Assembly: GCF_006345805.1 (NCBI RefSeq)
Contig: NC_043007.1
Location: 2,852,001-2,916,000 of the forward strand
Direction: 5' to 3'
DNA length: 64,000 nucleotides
Source: Octopus sinensis
Lineage: Eukaryota
In this document: piece by piece, positions 40,567 through 53,644 of the stretch
How positions within the stretch are numbered: position 1 is the stretch's first letter
Layout of the letters: every line of letters begins with the position of its first letter
Notes under the pieces: generated by a model
Told to the model about the DNA's origin: nothing
What the model saw: the letters and a program-made list of their open reading frames with translations, nothing else
Database searches by the model: none
Translations under genes and position numbers: made by a program

Positions 40567-41174
40567 GGCCTATTCTATCTTTCTGTGTGGTATGTATGTT
40601 GTATAAATCAATACAACACTTCCTAATGTTTCCAAGAAACGATATAGGAAGCAGCTTAGGCGTTTACCGTTATTCTCTACGTCAGTTTCACACACCTGAA
40701 ACATTTTTAGTATCTCGCGTCGAAACTGTATTCCACATTTTATATCTCCTCATAGAAATATAGAATTATATTTTCCCTGAATGGTTGTCTCTATATGTTA
40801 ATATTCACACAAGTGTTTGTTACTGCGTGTTTTAGATGTGCAGATAGATAACAGAAAGCGAAGGTAGAACGTTTGCTAAGACATCTTCAGGGAGTTATAA
40901 AGAACTACATACCACAATATATGGCTCCCAACGTTAAACACAATATATATTTGTTGCATTCCTTCATATCCTTCTAACTTGTGAATGGAAAAGAACGATA
41001 CCATTTGAAATTGTGAACATGGCGTTAGGGTTGTGATGGAGAAATTCAATCGTTAGGTGTGATTTCAGACAAAATAGTGATTTAGTTATTCAGGTCTCGC
41101 TTTAAACCTTTCGACAACCCCTACTACTTTGAGACACATTTCTAGTTTTTGAGTGAATTGAAACAAAATATATA

Positions 41175-41590
41175 TATTTCTTTACTGACCACAAGGGGCT
41201 AAATATAGAGGGGACAAACAAAGACAGACAAAGGGATTAAGTCGATTACACCGACCCCAGTGTGAAACTGGTACTTTATTTATTGACCCCGAAAGAATGA
41301 AAGCAAAGTCGACCTCGGCGGAATTTGAACTCAGAACGTAACGACAAACGAAATACCTATTTCTTTACTACCCACAAGGAGCTAAACACAGAGATACTAA
41401 ACAAGGACAGACAGACGGATTAAGTTGATTACATCGACCCCAGTGCGTAACTCGTACTTATTTAATCGACACCGAAAGAATGAAAGGCAAAGTCGACCTC
41501 GGCGGAATTTAAACTCAGAACGTAACGGCAGACGAAATACTGCTAAGCATGTCGCCTGGCGTGCAAACGTTTCTGCTATCTCGCAGCCTT
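41175..41590 (-). mobile_element. SINE family B dimer with 18-bp TSD
   Basis: ATTGAAACAAAATATATA at 41157-41174 and 41591-41608. Confidence 0.92.
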
Positions 41591-41954
41591 ATTGAAACAA
41601 AATATATAATACATATGTATTAAGCATACCTGTATGTTGCATGATAGTCTTACACCACCACTTGACAACTGGTGTTGGTTCGATTACGTTTCGGGTACTT
41701 AGCAGTTCGGACTAACAGCCCGATAGTATAAGCACCAGGCTTGCATAAAAAAAAAGGTCGAGGTTCGATGCGTACGACAAAAGACAAAACTCAAGACGAT
41801 TCCATTGCATGGCCGCACTCTAATGAACGAAATAAATAAAAGATTAACGATTGTTATTCATGTTACCTTGTAATAAAGCTTAACGAGACTCATTTATTAG
41901 GATTTCTGTTAGTATTTTTAATAAATGCATTTATAATGTAATATTCAACACAAG

Positions 41955-42550
41955 AAACCGGCGAGCTGGCAGAAACGTTAGCACACCGGGCGAGATGCTT
42001 AGCGGTATTTCGTCTGTCGTTACGTTGTGAGTTCAAATTCCGCCGACGACGACTTTGCCTTTTATCCTTTCGGTATCGATTATGTAAGCACCAGTTACGC
42101 ACTGGGGTCGATGTAATTGACTTCATCCGTTTGTCTGTTCTTGTTTGTCCTCTCTGTGTTTAGCCCCTTGTGGGTAGGAAAGAAATAGAAATAGGTAATT
42201 CGTCTGGCGCTACGTTCTGAGTTCAAATTCCGCCGAGGTCGACTTTGCGTTTCATCCTTTCAGGGTCGATAAATTAAGTACCAATTACGCACAGGGGTCG
42301 ATATAATCGATTTAATCCTTTTATCTGTCCTTGTTTTTCCTCTCTGTGTTTAGCCCCTTGTGGGTAGTAAAGAAATAGAAATAGGTATTTCGTCTTTCTT
42401 TACATTCTGAGTTCAAATTCTGCCGAGGTTGACTTTGCCTTTCATCATTTCGGTGGGGGGCATAAATTAAGTACCAGTTGCGTACTGTTGTCGATCTAAT
42501 AGACTGGCCGCTCCCCAAAAATCTGGGACCTTATGCCTAGATTAGAAAAC
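41955..42550 (+). mobile_element. SINE family B trimer with 14-bp TSD
   Basis: Three B-box/core units; ATATTCAACACAAG at 41941-41954 and 42551-42564. Confidence 0.92.
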
Positions 42551-43035
42551 ATATTCAACACAAGCAGACAAATTCACTCTGAGAGCAGTATCATTTGAAC
42601 TCAAAGTGTAACGGCATACATGTAAACACAAACATGATTCACATCAAACATTTCCAAAAGTTCAAGATATACTCTCTCTGGTTTAATTAAGAACGTCTTT
42701 AATAATTTTGAAATATTTTTCACATAAAATAATTGTCTTAATTCTCTTCACTATCTATAATACCAAAAGATATGTTATGTCTGTGTAAATAAGATATCAC
42801 ATGCGTAGATTTCTATATTTCTAAATAACTGAATTTTCTGAATAAATATGGTGACTCACGAGACTAATTTATTTTTCGCCACTTTCTGATTTAGGGAACT
42901 ATTTTATTATCACGTATGTTTATTTGAAGTATGCGATTCGCAGAGAAAAAAATAGCATAAACAAATACTCATATACGCACAAATAAGCAGATACACAGGT
43001 ATTTATTTATCTCAACACATACGCACATAAGCTCT

Positions 43036-43156
43036 TATATATATATATATATATATACATACATGCATGCAAATACATAGATATATATACTTGCATATAC
43101 ATCCACACATAAATACATATGTATATATACATGTATATACATCCACACATAAATAC

Positions 43157-43198
<42 letters not shown>

Positions 43199-43284
43199 AT
43201 ATATATATATATACATATATATACATTTATACATATATACATATATATACATATATACATATTTATACATATGTATATATACAC

Positions 43285-43315
<31 letters not shown>

Positions 43316-43383
43316 CATATATATACATACATATATATATACATATATATATATATAAACATATATGTATGTATGTATGTATG

Positions 43384-43426
<43 letters not shown>

Positions 43427-43440
43427 TGTGCGTGTGTGTG
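43036..43440. repeat. Compound (TA)n/(TG)n microsatellite
   Basis: Seen directly. Confidence 0.93.
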
Positions 43441-44269
43441 TTTTACACACTACGTATGTTTGAAATTAGTCTTTCTTCGTTTGATTTTTACAGAGCTGAA
43501 TAATCTATGGAAATTTTCCAAAGGAGGTAAATAGCTTGACTAATTTTGCCAACGGAACATATATTTGAACTGAAGGATGTACCATATTTCAGTTTCGCAT
43601 AGAACTTCGGCTCATCTTTGTTGTTCTTTTTGTTGAGATTTTTTTATGTTGTTCAACCCCGTTTTAGCTACCTCTGTGATAAACTGCATTCTTCTCATTC
43701 GTCATCTTGTCTTGGCTTCTTAATTTTTTTTTTTTTCCAACAGCAAACTGCATTATGCCAAGTTTTCCTTCTGACATCTTTTTCCATCTTTAGCGTGTAC
43801 TTTTAAAGGAGTTTTTACAGATATTTTTGCAAGATCTTTTTTAGCTCAATACTAGATGAAGCAGGGCTGATGGAACATTTTTTTTCTTTTAGGCTTTTTT
43901 TTCGTTTTATTTTTTCAGGGAAATACAAGAAGCTGAAAACTTGGAAGTCAGCATACTACTTAGAGAAAAAGCAACTGTATTTCCTATTTACATAAACATT
44001 ACGTATCTGTTACCATAATGTTTACACTCCGTTGATTAAGTTTATGTCGGAATTTAACGTGAAAAGTTTAGGGTGGGCAGCAACTTCCACCCATCTCCAT
44101 TTTATGTCCTTAAACGTATTGATATTGGAGATAAGAAGTATGTTGATGAAAAATGTTTCGTTTGAGGGCGAGGCCATCTTTAACTGCACATACTGTAAAC
44201 GAAATAATTGTAGAAAGGTGTGGGCAATACCTAAACACATATTGCTTTTTCTTTATTTTATGGCAGTCT

Positions 44270-45350
44270 AAGACAATGAACTGGCAGAATCTTTAGCACG
44301 CCGGACAAAATGCTAATATTGGTAACAAATAAGGCGGCGAGCTTGTGGAATCGTAACCACGCGGGGCAAAATACTTCGCGGTATTTTGTCTGCCACTACG
44401 TTCTTATACCGAGATCAACTTTGCTTTTCATCCTTTCAGGGTCGATGAAGCACTGGGATCGATGTAATCAACTTACCCACTGTCCACAAAATTGCTGGCG
44501 TTGTGTCAAACTTTGAAACCATTATTTTCATGCTAGGCATTTTGTTCGGCTGACATTCCGAGTTCTAAAGTCATCCATCGGGGATGACTTCAGCTTTCTC
44601 CCTTTCCGGGTGGATATAATAAATGTCCTTTGAACAGTCGCGGTAATCGATTAGGTCTATGGAAAAAAGGATTATCTTATAGCAGTCTTAATCTGTCACT
44701 TTTAAACAATCTCAAAGATAGAGCCCCATACTCTACATGGTCAATTCGTTTGCTAGACATTGGAGCGGGCCTTGAATGTAATTTTATTTTCGACATACTT
44801 GTAATTAAATCACCAAAATTTATGAAGGGACAACATGAAGACGCTCCCCACCATTTTTTCGCATTGGCTTCCGGTATAATTGTAATGTAGACCATCTGAG
44901 AGGCATTAAAAATATCCATTTCTTTCAAAGTTGTGTCGAAACAAAATCTTGGGAAAGGGTGACACACGCCTCTGTAGTAATGCCTTAAATTTATTTACTG
45001 AGCCAGTGAGATCAATTAAACGAATAAAGAGTACGAAACACAATTAGACGAAACATATCAGGAAAATTGTACAAACTACAAGTTGCTACATCCTTTGGCA
45101 ACCAGCAATTGTCCGCCCACGCTGTAGTTTTTCAGCAAATAATAATGGTTTCAAAATCTCACACAAGGTCAGCACTTTCGATGGGTTAGGTCTATTACGT
45201 CGACCCAAGTGCTTATCTGACACTTCTTTTATCAACCACGAAAGGATGAAAGCATAGACGACTTCGATGGAATTTGAATTCAGAACGTAAAGACGGACAA
45301 AATGTCACCAAATATTTTGTCCGGTGTACAAACAAATCTGCCAACTCGCA
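44270..45350. mobile_element. Scattered old SINE B-like fragments (44270-44680 plus, 45145-45350 minus)
   Basis: Degenerate CTGGCAGAATC heads and CTTTTCATCCTTTC..GGTCGAT cores; the intervening sequence is unassigned. Confidence 0.65.
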
Positions 45351-45537
45351 TAAAGTATATGTCATGCAAAAATTAACATAATTGTAATGTGTCTCACTTA
45401 CGTTGAGAAGATAAATTTTTCAAATTTATTTTAAATTTAATTAGATATTGTTTTTGGTTAATTAAGAGAAGTTGATAATGAAGTTGAAATAGTTAATTAT
45501 AAAGCCGGTAATTTTGAGAGGAGGGGGAGCTCAGGCT

Positions 45538-45693
45538 CCACCGCTCCTCAGTTTCTTTCTGCCCCTTCTTTTTAGCAGTCTGCTCAATTCGTGTTGTTTG
45601 TTTGGTAGCAGTGGTTTGAGATTGTTCGTCTAATTCAGGATCAACGCCCAGTTCTCTTTCGAATTTACAAGCTTCCTTGACAACAGAATACGA
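45538..45693 (-). mobile_element. R4/Dong-like non-LTR ORF fragment
   Basis: SYSVVKEACKFERELGVDPELDEQSQTTATKQTTRIEQTAKKKGQKETEERW resembles the post-RT linker that precedes W..KPLHG in R4/Dong elements (from recall, not searched). Confidence 0.5.
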
Positions 45694-46259
45694 CTATGAA
45701 ACTTGTATTGTTATTATAAAAGAAAGGGGCAAGAAGCACCCAGAATCGTTAACATATCGCGGGCGAAATGTATTTCGGCCATATATACATTCCGAGGTTC
45801 ACTTTGCTTTCATCCTTTCGGGGTCATCAGATGAACCCTGGGGTGCCGTTGTCGAGTAAAGAAACCACACAAACATTTCTAGTCCATGCATATAACTGAG
45901 AGGGTTATCATTTTTTAATTTATATTATCGATCTCTACCATCGTTATTTCGTAGTAATTTTTATTTCAGTGCTGGGAATTAATGGCTACTTAAATATTCT
46001 GGTTAGAAGTAGAGCATCTATTGTTATTTTGTTACATTTTTTTATTATTTTAATATAATTAGGTTGTGATTTGATAACATGTAATTTTCATGCCAGCGAC
46101 CTAATTAGATATAATGAGCTAGATATTTATTTTGCTAAAATATGTGCAAAACTCCTTAGCATTAACACACAACCATCATTGGGTGAAGTATATATAACAT
46201 ACACACCGAAACAGAAGCCTGTATTCACTTGAGGTAAATATACAAACAAAACACACAGA

Positions 46260-46432
46260 AAGATATATGCATAAAATACATATATAACAAACATACATAT
46301 ATATGCATATAATATATATATATAATATATAATATATATATATATATATGCATATATATATATATATATAATATATATATATATATAAACAATATATATA
46401 CACACACGCACACACACACCATATATATATAT

Positions 46433-46493
<61 letters not shown>

Positions 46494-46507
46494 TGTATGT
46501 ATATGTG

Positions 46508-46543
<36 letters not shown>

Positions 46544-46770
46544 TAGATGCAGTGAAGATGCATATATATATATATATATGTATCAATATATATGTATTTT
46601 TATGTATATATGTAATATATATATGTATATATGTATATATATATATATACATATATTTACACATATGCATATACATATCATTATACAAACACATGCATAC
46701 ATACATACATACATACATACATACACAAATATAAACATAACTACACATATATTTGTGTATATGTCTATTT
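46260..46770. repeat. Compound (TA)n/(GA)n/(ATAC)n microsatellite
   Basis: Seen directly. Confidence 0.93.
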
Positions 46771-47256
46771 TTGCATGTCTCTCTACTTACACAGTGTTGT
46801 ATCTGTGCGGGTTTGCTTGTGTACGCCTGATGGTAAGTTGTCTTTACAATTTTCACAATAACCCTTTCTATGCATTATGGTTTCGTGCATTTTAAATTTT
46901 CACTTGTTTTGCTTTTCTTAGTCACCTCACATAATCAATACCGCTATCTGTATCAATCTCAGCAGTTTAGTCAAGGATTTTAGAAACAATCTGTACATCA
47001 TGAATTCTTTAATGTCATATGATTAAAATATACTTTTTAATTCAAAAATCTAGGTTCCGTGTACTTCATTGTTAAGAATGCTCGTCATTTTGCCTATTTG
47101 CTCACTTAAATGGCCACACAGCCTCATTGTTTGTAAATAATTAATAGCGAAAGATAATTGTAAAATTGTATATATTGCTTTGTGAATAGAATATGGTGAA
47201 GAGAGACTGTGAGCAAGCCTAAGGTCACTGTCTCTGTGTGTCTGTACACACACAAA

Positions 47257-47293
<37 letters not shown>

Positions 47294-47310
47294 ATACACA
47301 CATACATGTT

Positions 47311-47490
47311 CTTTTATTCTTTTACCTATCTCAGTCATTTGACTGCGGCCAGGCTAGAGTACAGCCTTTAAGCGAGCAAATCGACTCCAGGACTCATTCT
47401 TTGTAAGCCTAGTACTTATTCCATCAGTTTATTTTGCCGAACCGCCACGTTGCATGGACGTAAACACGACAACATCGGTTGTCAACATAT
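47311..47490 (-). mobile_element. SINE family A 3' half
   Basis: CAGTCATTTGACTGCGGCC...TTTTGCCGAACCG match. Confidence 0.8.
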
Positions 47491-47547
47491 CTGTGTGTGC
47501 GAGTATGCGTGCCTGTGCATTTCTGTGTCTGTCTGTCTGTATGTATG

Positions 47548-47579
<32 letters not shown>

Positions 47580-47917
47580 TGTATGTATGTATGTATGTAT
47601 GTATGTATGTGTGTGTGTATGATTTGAGGGCCTCTATCGTTGTGGTTGGGGTATTGCAATGACCATCACAAGACCGTGGTATCGATGCCCAAACCGGCGT
47701 TGCATTTTGTTGCCGAGGAAAGCATTTCATTTCACGTCGCACCAGTTCCAATCAGTTACATACAGAAAACCTTGCGACAGAGCAGGGATCCTGTCAGGGG
47801 GTGGGGAATGTTAAAAAACCAGCGGGGTGACATCTGTCGAGAACTAAAGCAATTCGAGGACGTACATTGCGAGAAACAACGCGTAGTAAATGTATATATA
47901 TATATATATATATATAG

Positions 47918-48298
47918 TCTTATTTTTGTATTCTGTTAGACGTTTCAGCCCTCAAGCTAGGGCCATGCAGAGGTACGCCCAGTGCAATCACCTTTTAATT
48001 ACCCATTTGGTTTTTAATTGGCATATAGATTCTCTAATTGTCCATTTGAGTTTGATGTCAATATATTGGTTCATCCAAGATCATTGATAGCAAGTGGTCA
48101 AGTTGTTCCATGGATCTTTGAATCCCAAGATATAGCAATACATGGTCCGCACCTTACATGGGATATTTCAGATATTTGGAACAGTGCAGTGACGTCCAGT
48201 TCGATGTCTATTATAACTCACATTTACAAAGTTTGATGCCAGCAACCTGCAGGAACCTTCCACACCTATATCACTGCACACATTCCCTGGTTACCAGT
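47918..48298 (-). mobile_element. CR1/L2-like LINE 3' end, decayed
   Basis: Minus translation SYNRHRTGRHCTVPNI*NIPCKVRTMYCYILGFK resembles ORF2 C-termini of this group. The 3' end GCATGGCC..AGC...GCTGAAAC resembles the SINE A tail. Confidence 0.6.
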
Positions 48299-48304
48299 GA
48301 TTCA

Positions 48305-48815
48305 CTGTGGTCGATAAAATCGACTTAATCCTTTTGTCTGTCCTTGTTTAATAAATAGGTATGTTGTCTGCCGTTACGTTCTGAGTTCAAATTCTGCCCA
48401 GTGGGCATTAAATAAGGACGTTAGCACGCCGGGCGAAATGCTGAGCGGTTTTTCAACACTCTTTACTTTCTGAGTTCAAATTCCGTCGAGGTCGACTTTG
48501 CCTTTCTACCTTTCGGGGTCGATAAATTAAGTACCAGTTACGCACTGGGGTCGATATAATCGACTAAGTCCCTTTGTCTGTCCTTGTTTGTCCCCTCTAT
48601 GTTTAGCTCCTTGTGGGCAATAAAGAAATAAGAAACGTTAGAACGCCGGGCGAAATGTTTAGCAGTATTTCGTCTGTTCAAATTTCGTCGGGGTCGACTT
48701 TACCTTTTAATCCTTTCGGGGTCGACAAATTAAGTACCAGTTTCGTATTGGGTTGATCTAATCGACTGCCTCCCCCCCCTTAAGTTTCGGGCATTGTGTC
48801 TAGAGCAGAAAAGAA
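48305..48815 (+). mobile_element. Rearranged multimeric SINE family B
   Basis: Several partial head, core and tail units in tandem. Confidence 0.85.
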
Positions 48816-49931
48816 TATATAAAGTATTAAAAAATTGGAATAGTAGATTTAACCTTATCGACATTCCGCTTACAGTTGTAATTCAGATTACATCGATGAA
48901 AGGTTTTTTTTTCTTTTTCCGTTCCCATTATACAATTTCTCACTGGAGAATACATATTGTGATTACTATTTATTAATTTCATTCTTGTCTGAGTTAATTT
49001 ATATTTTTTTATCGTTCGCCATATTGATAAAACGAATACGAGTAATAACTGAAGATAGATAATATTGGAATTCATAAATCAAAATGTTCATATCTGAATA
49101 ATTATTTGAATTATATTGAAATGATCTATCGTACACATCGTGTGAATGGTTTGACAGAAACTATAATCAAATGTACTAGAAATTGTGCTAGCACGTGAAC
49201 TTGGAAATAATTTCACAGCTCAGATATTTTAACATCGACTCGTCTTACTGTAACAGCAATAATAAAATTAAGTATTACCTAAAACCAGCTCCCTGGGAAT
49301 TCAAAGGAGTCTTTTGTTATTGGTGAACTTATAATGGTAAGCAGCGTGTTATTGAACTTCATAGCTTTTATTAGATGATTCATTGCTGATCGAAACTTTC
49401 GATGGTCAAAGTCGGTTGTTAGTTCGGTCAGATATCTATTTGATATAAAAGATTAAATTAACTAAGGAACATCGGAACAGAGCTGTCATTTCTCCATGGA
49501 TTAGATGCCAGTTATCGCCAGTCTTATTACGAGAGACCACCACACAAATCATTCATTTTCGATGTTCTGTTATACGGTGCTCTATGCGTGCTGTTAAACA
49601 AAGTACTAAAATATATTTGCAGAAAGGTTTACTTCTCACTGAAAGTAGTAGGCAGCCCAGTTTTCCACCATAAATCTAGCATTTTATCTAACAAATAAAC
49701 AGTGTTGTAAACCGTGAGAAATTTCAACCAATGTAAAGCAGAAATTACTGTAGTAATAAAATGGTTACGAACATGATATACGCATGATCCGTTTGACATA
49801 AAAGATGTGTTATATTTTGTTTAGAACTTGGCCAGCTGGGAAAGGAGAGCCCACGATTTTAAATATTCCAGCCGTAATTCCTCACATTTTACTTAAACTT
49901 AGCATATCCATGATGTGACATAATGTTTTAA

Positions 49932-50348
49932 ATATTTCTTTACTGCCCACAAGGTGCTAAACATAGAGGGGACAAACAAGGACAGACAAAGGGACTTAGT
50001 CGATTATATCGACCCCAGTGCGAAACTGGTACTTTATTTATCGGCCCCAAAAGTATGAAAGGCAAAGCCGACCTCGACGGAATTTGAACTCAGAACGTAA
50101 CGGCAGACGAAATACCTATTTCTTTACTACCCACAAGGGACTAAACATAGAGGGAACAAACAAGGACAGGCTAGGGGATTAAGTCGATTACATCGACCTC
50201 AGTGCATAACTGGTACTTAATTTATCGACTTTGAAAGGATGAAAGGCAAAGTCGACCTCGGCAGAATTTGAACTCAGAACGTAGCGGCAGACTAAATACC
50301 GCTAAGCATTTCGCCCGGCGTGCTAACGCTTCTGCCAGCTCACCGCCT
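49932..50348 (-). mobile_element. SINE family B dimer
   Basis: Two ~180-bp units plus head; an older monomer follows at 50465-50662. Confidence 0.92.
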
Positions 50349-50687
50349 TCACATGATATAAAGTGTTATATCCGTTTAAAATTGTTGAGGAACGTTTTGA
50401 GGAAGAGTTCACTGTTAATTGTAATAGGTAACATAAAGGTACAGAGGTAATTTATAACTTCATAATATTGGTTTCAAATTTTCGCACATGGTCAGCAAAT
50501 ATGGGGGGAGGAGTGAGATGATTACATCGGATCACGTGCAGAAATACTACTGATTTTATCGACCTCGAAAGGATGAAATGCTAAGTCGAGCTTGGTGGAT
50601 TTCGAACCCAGAATGTAAAGACTTTCGGCCGGTATGCTAACGATTGCGTAAGCTCATCGTCTTAATAATAATAATAATAATAATAAT

Positions 50688-51270
50688 GTTAGATGCTTGA
50701 CCTTAACATGCCCTGATGCATGGCTCTCATGTCTCCTGATCTTAACTGATTGGAAGTGTTATCATGTACATTGTTTTGTCTTGATATAAAAGATGGGCTA
50801 CAGTAAATATTCTGCTCAATACCACAGATTTGCTCGTCAGTTGTCTGACCATAACCAGTTGGCCATGTCCCTTAGTGGCCGACGATATGTGCATCTCTGA
50901 TCATGAGCAGAAATAGTGGGGGAACCATCATAGCTGTGTGTTGAAAGGAATTCTTAGAGGTTTGGATAATTCACCTTTGGAAACATGGGTGGTTCGTTCA
51001 ACAATTCCTTAAACAATCCTTATTCAGGGACCTTTTGAGCGGGATGGGTTACTCAACCAGAAGAAAATTCTAACTGAGCCTCACCTGCAGGGTCATCTGT
51101 TTATGTTGATGTGAGTTCACCGTGTCGCACACATATGGGTTGTGATGCATGTGCCTGCAGTACCCTTATCAGACGGGTCGTCACGATGGGTACACTGAGC
51201 TTAGTATATTTTACCCCAGTGTCACTTTGATGGCATGCAATGCTCTCTCACTCAATAACAATAATAATAA
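50688..51270 (+). mobile_element. Probable non-LTR element 3' UTR fragment with (AAT)n tail, embedded in (AAT)n
   Basis: GC-richer 570-bp block bounded by (AAT)n on both sides, ending CTCTCTCACTC-AATAACAATAATAAT. Confidence 0.5.
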
Positions 51271-51749
51271 TGCTTTCAGATGTTGGTACAAAGCCCGCAA
51301 TTTTGGTGGCAGGAGGCAAGTTGATTACATCGACCCCAGATCTCAAATACTAATCATTTTCTCGACCCCGAAAGAATGAAATACTAAGATGACCACTCAA
51401 AAAGTAAAGACAGACGAAATGCCCCTAAGCATTTAGACCGGTTAACACGCCACCCTACTCGTTCACAATACTATTGCTTGTCCTTGACATATCTTATGTT
51501 CCATGGTCCAAAGATTATAACGATAAATGTGGACATAGAAATCAGACGCCATTATAAAATTTCGATTTGGGACAAAGAACCACATCGAAAATGTATACTT
51601 ATAATAATGTGCACGCTATTATTTATGATATTAAACTTTAAAAAAACACTATTGTTTAATAATATATCGTATATATATATAAATATATTTATAATATAAT
51701 ATAATATAAATAATATATAAATATATGCATATATACATACATATAGGTA

Positions 51750-53340
51750 CAGAGAGAAGGGATGCCGAAATCCGAACGCAAATTCTACCGCAAGTGGAAT
51801 TGAACCAGGGTTTGACATTGCAGAAAATGTAGGAAGAGTGTGACAGGATATTAAAATTAATGTATGACACGGGAGAAATTCAATGGAAAGAGCGTTTCCA
51901 CATAAGACCAGTGCAAAAAAGTTGAAAACAAAAAGAGTGTTGCAGGAAAAACAGAAAAAATATCGGGATGGAGACTGATATAGTGTATGTGGTGGGTTGC
52001 ACCTGAAACATAATTGTCTGTATGAAAAGGCAAAGAGTTTCCGTTGCGGGTTTACAGGACATATAAAATCTCACTGCAAAACTAGAATGATAGGGAAATG
52101 GAACAAACAAGAAAAAATAATATGTCAGTAGGAAAGATGTGACTACAACAAAGAGAACATTTTTGAATGTGAGACTTCGAAACATTAGTGTCAGAATGCA
52201 GTTAGACACGGGAAGTGATATCGCAATCATAAACGAGAAAGCATGGGAATAAATGGGCAAAACAAAATTATGTAGTTCAAACAAAATAGCGTACGGTGTT
52301 AGGGGAAGAAAATTATATTTCACAGGTCAACAAGCTTGCAATATAATGTTCAAAGGTCGAACCAAAAAAAGTGAATGTTTATGTATTGAAAACAAAAGCC
52401 ATGAATTTATTTGGCACCGAATGTATGGAGAAATTTAATTTATGAGATATACTCATAAACGTTTTGTGCAATAGCGTAAACGGAGCAGTCGGACGATCGA
52501 TTGAGGTTGATGAACTGAAATACAAAATGTGATGTGAATCATCGTGCATGAACTACTAGTAACTTTGGAATAAATAAAAAGAAATGCGAGAAAGTACAAA
52601 TTTATGAACGAGACCAAAAGAAAATTGTGGTCGACAAAAGGAAATAAAAGGTCTGATGCAAAGAACCGTCAAGATATGAACTCGTACTCTATATGTGATG
52701 GTGTGTTAATGTACGCTCAGAGGGTGGTCGTACCACATACATTACAGAAGAGAATGCTAAACGAGTTTCATGTGGGACGCTCAGGCAACTCTAGAATGAA
52801 AGCGCTGATGCGAACTTTCCTATACTGGCCAAGCATGGACAAGGAAGTTGAAAACCTGGTAAAAGGGTGAAGAGGGTGTGCGCTGGCTGCGAAATTACAT
52901 ACTACAAATTGTAAACCGTAGCTGAAAGTGAATATACCGTGGTCCCTTTGTAGGCCCGGTAAATGGATATTATCTAATATCAATGGACAGCTACATAAAA
53001 TGGCCTGAGGTCGCGAGGTGTAAACGACCAACGTCATATGCAGTCATAAACTTCTTATACGAGCTGTTCGCAAGATTTGGTGTGCCGAATATAATTGTCT
53101 TTGATAACGGAACGTGACTGGTATCATAAAACTATAAAACCGTATCCCCCTAGATCGAATGGAAGGGCCGAACGGTTCGTGGACACTATTAAGAGAGCCT
53201 TAAAGAGCGCTAATAAGGAACAGACGACGTCGCGATCCAACAACTCTTAAGGGTGTACAGACTTACTCTGAATCCAAATGTGCCACGAAGTTCACCAGCG
53301 GAATTAATGAGAGTTACGGAGAAAAAGCTACTATGGAAGG
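51750..53340 (+). mobile_element. Decayed Ty3/Gypsy (K02A2.6-like) gag-protease-integrase, RT/RNase H absent
   Basis: DAEIRTQIL..LTLQKM*EECDRIL (gag); CGFTGHIKSHC (knuckle); MQLDTGSDIAIIN (protease); RVVVPHTLQKRMLNEFHVG..RMKALMR..YWP (IN zinc domain); FARFGVPNIIVFDNG and SNGRAERFVDTIKRAL (IN core). Stops and frameshifts throughout. Confidence 0.9.
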
Positions 53341-53369
53341 TTCACAGGATAATGACTGTATAATAACTG

Positions 53370-53644
53370 TATATCATAATGATATTTATTCTCCGATTTG
53401 AAGCGACAATTTTTAAATATAAACAAATGACTAATAAATGATGAGCTAACCTCAAGCAGAATCCAACTCACAAATCGACGGAAATTGATAGGTGAGCGTT
53501 TGGCTAATCAGATTTGTAATGAGCCATGAAAGCGTCGGTTTGTTAGTTCGATTCTGGCTGAGGTTAGCTCATCATTTTTCAGCCGTTCGTTTGTATTTAA
53601 AAATGGTCACTTCAATTCAGAGAATAAATATCATTATGATATAT
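53370..53644. mobile_element. MITE/fold-back element with ~110-bp imperfect TIRs
   Basis: TATATCATAATGATATTTATTCTC...AAATCGACG (53370-53480) is inverted at CGTCGGTTT...GAGAATAAATATCATTATGATATA (53533-53644). TA-flanked. Confidence 0.8.

Noticed and set aside
44022-44967. Two non-repetitive minus ORFs (44022-44240, 44677-44967)
   Set aside because: No recognised homology or convincing splice sites; left unassigned.
46176-46856. 226-aa Y/I/C/V-rich ORF and the many similar [12 protein letters not shown] ORFs
   Set aside because: Dinucleotide and tetranucleotide repeats lack stop codons; no coding signal.
51880-52323. 147-aa hydrophobic minus ORF
   Set aside because: Antisense shadow of the A-rich Gypsy gag/protease region.
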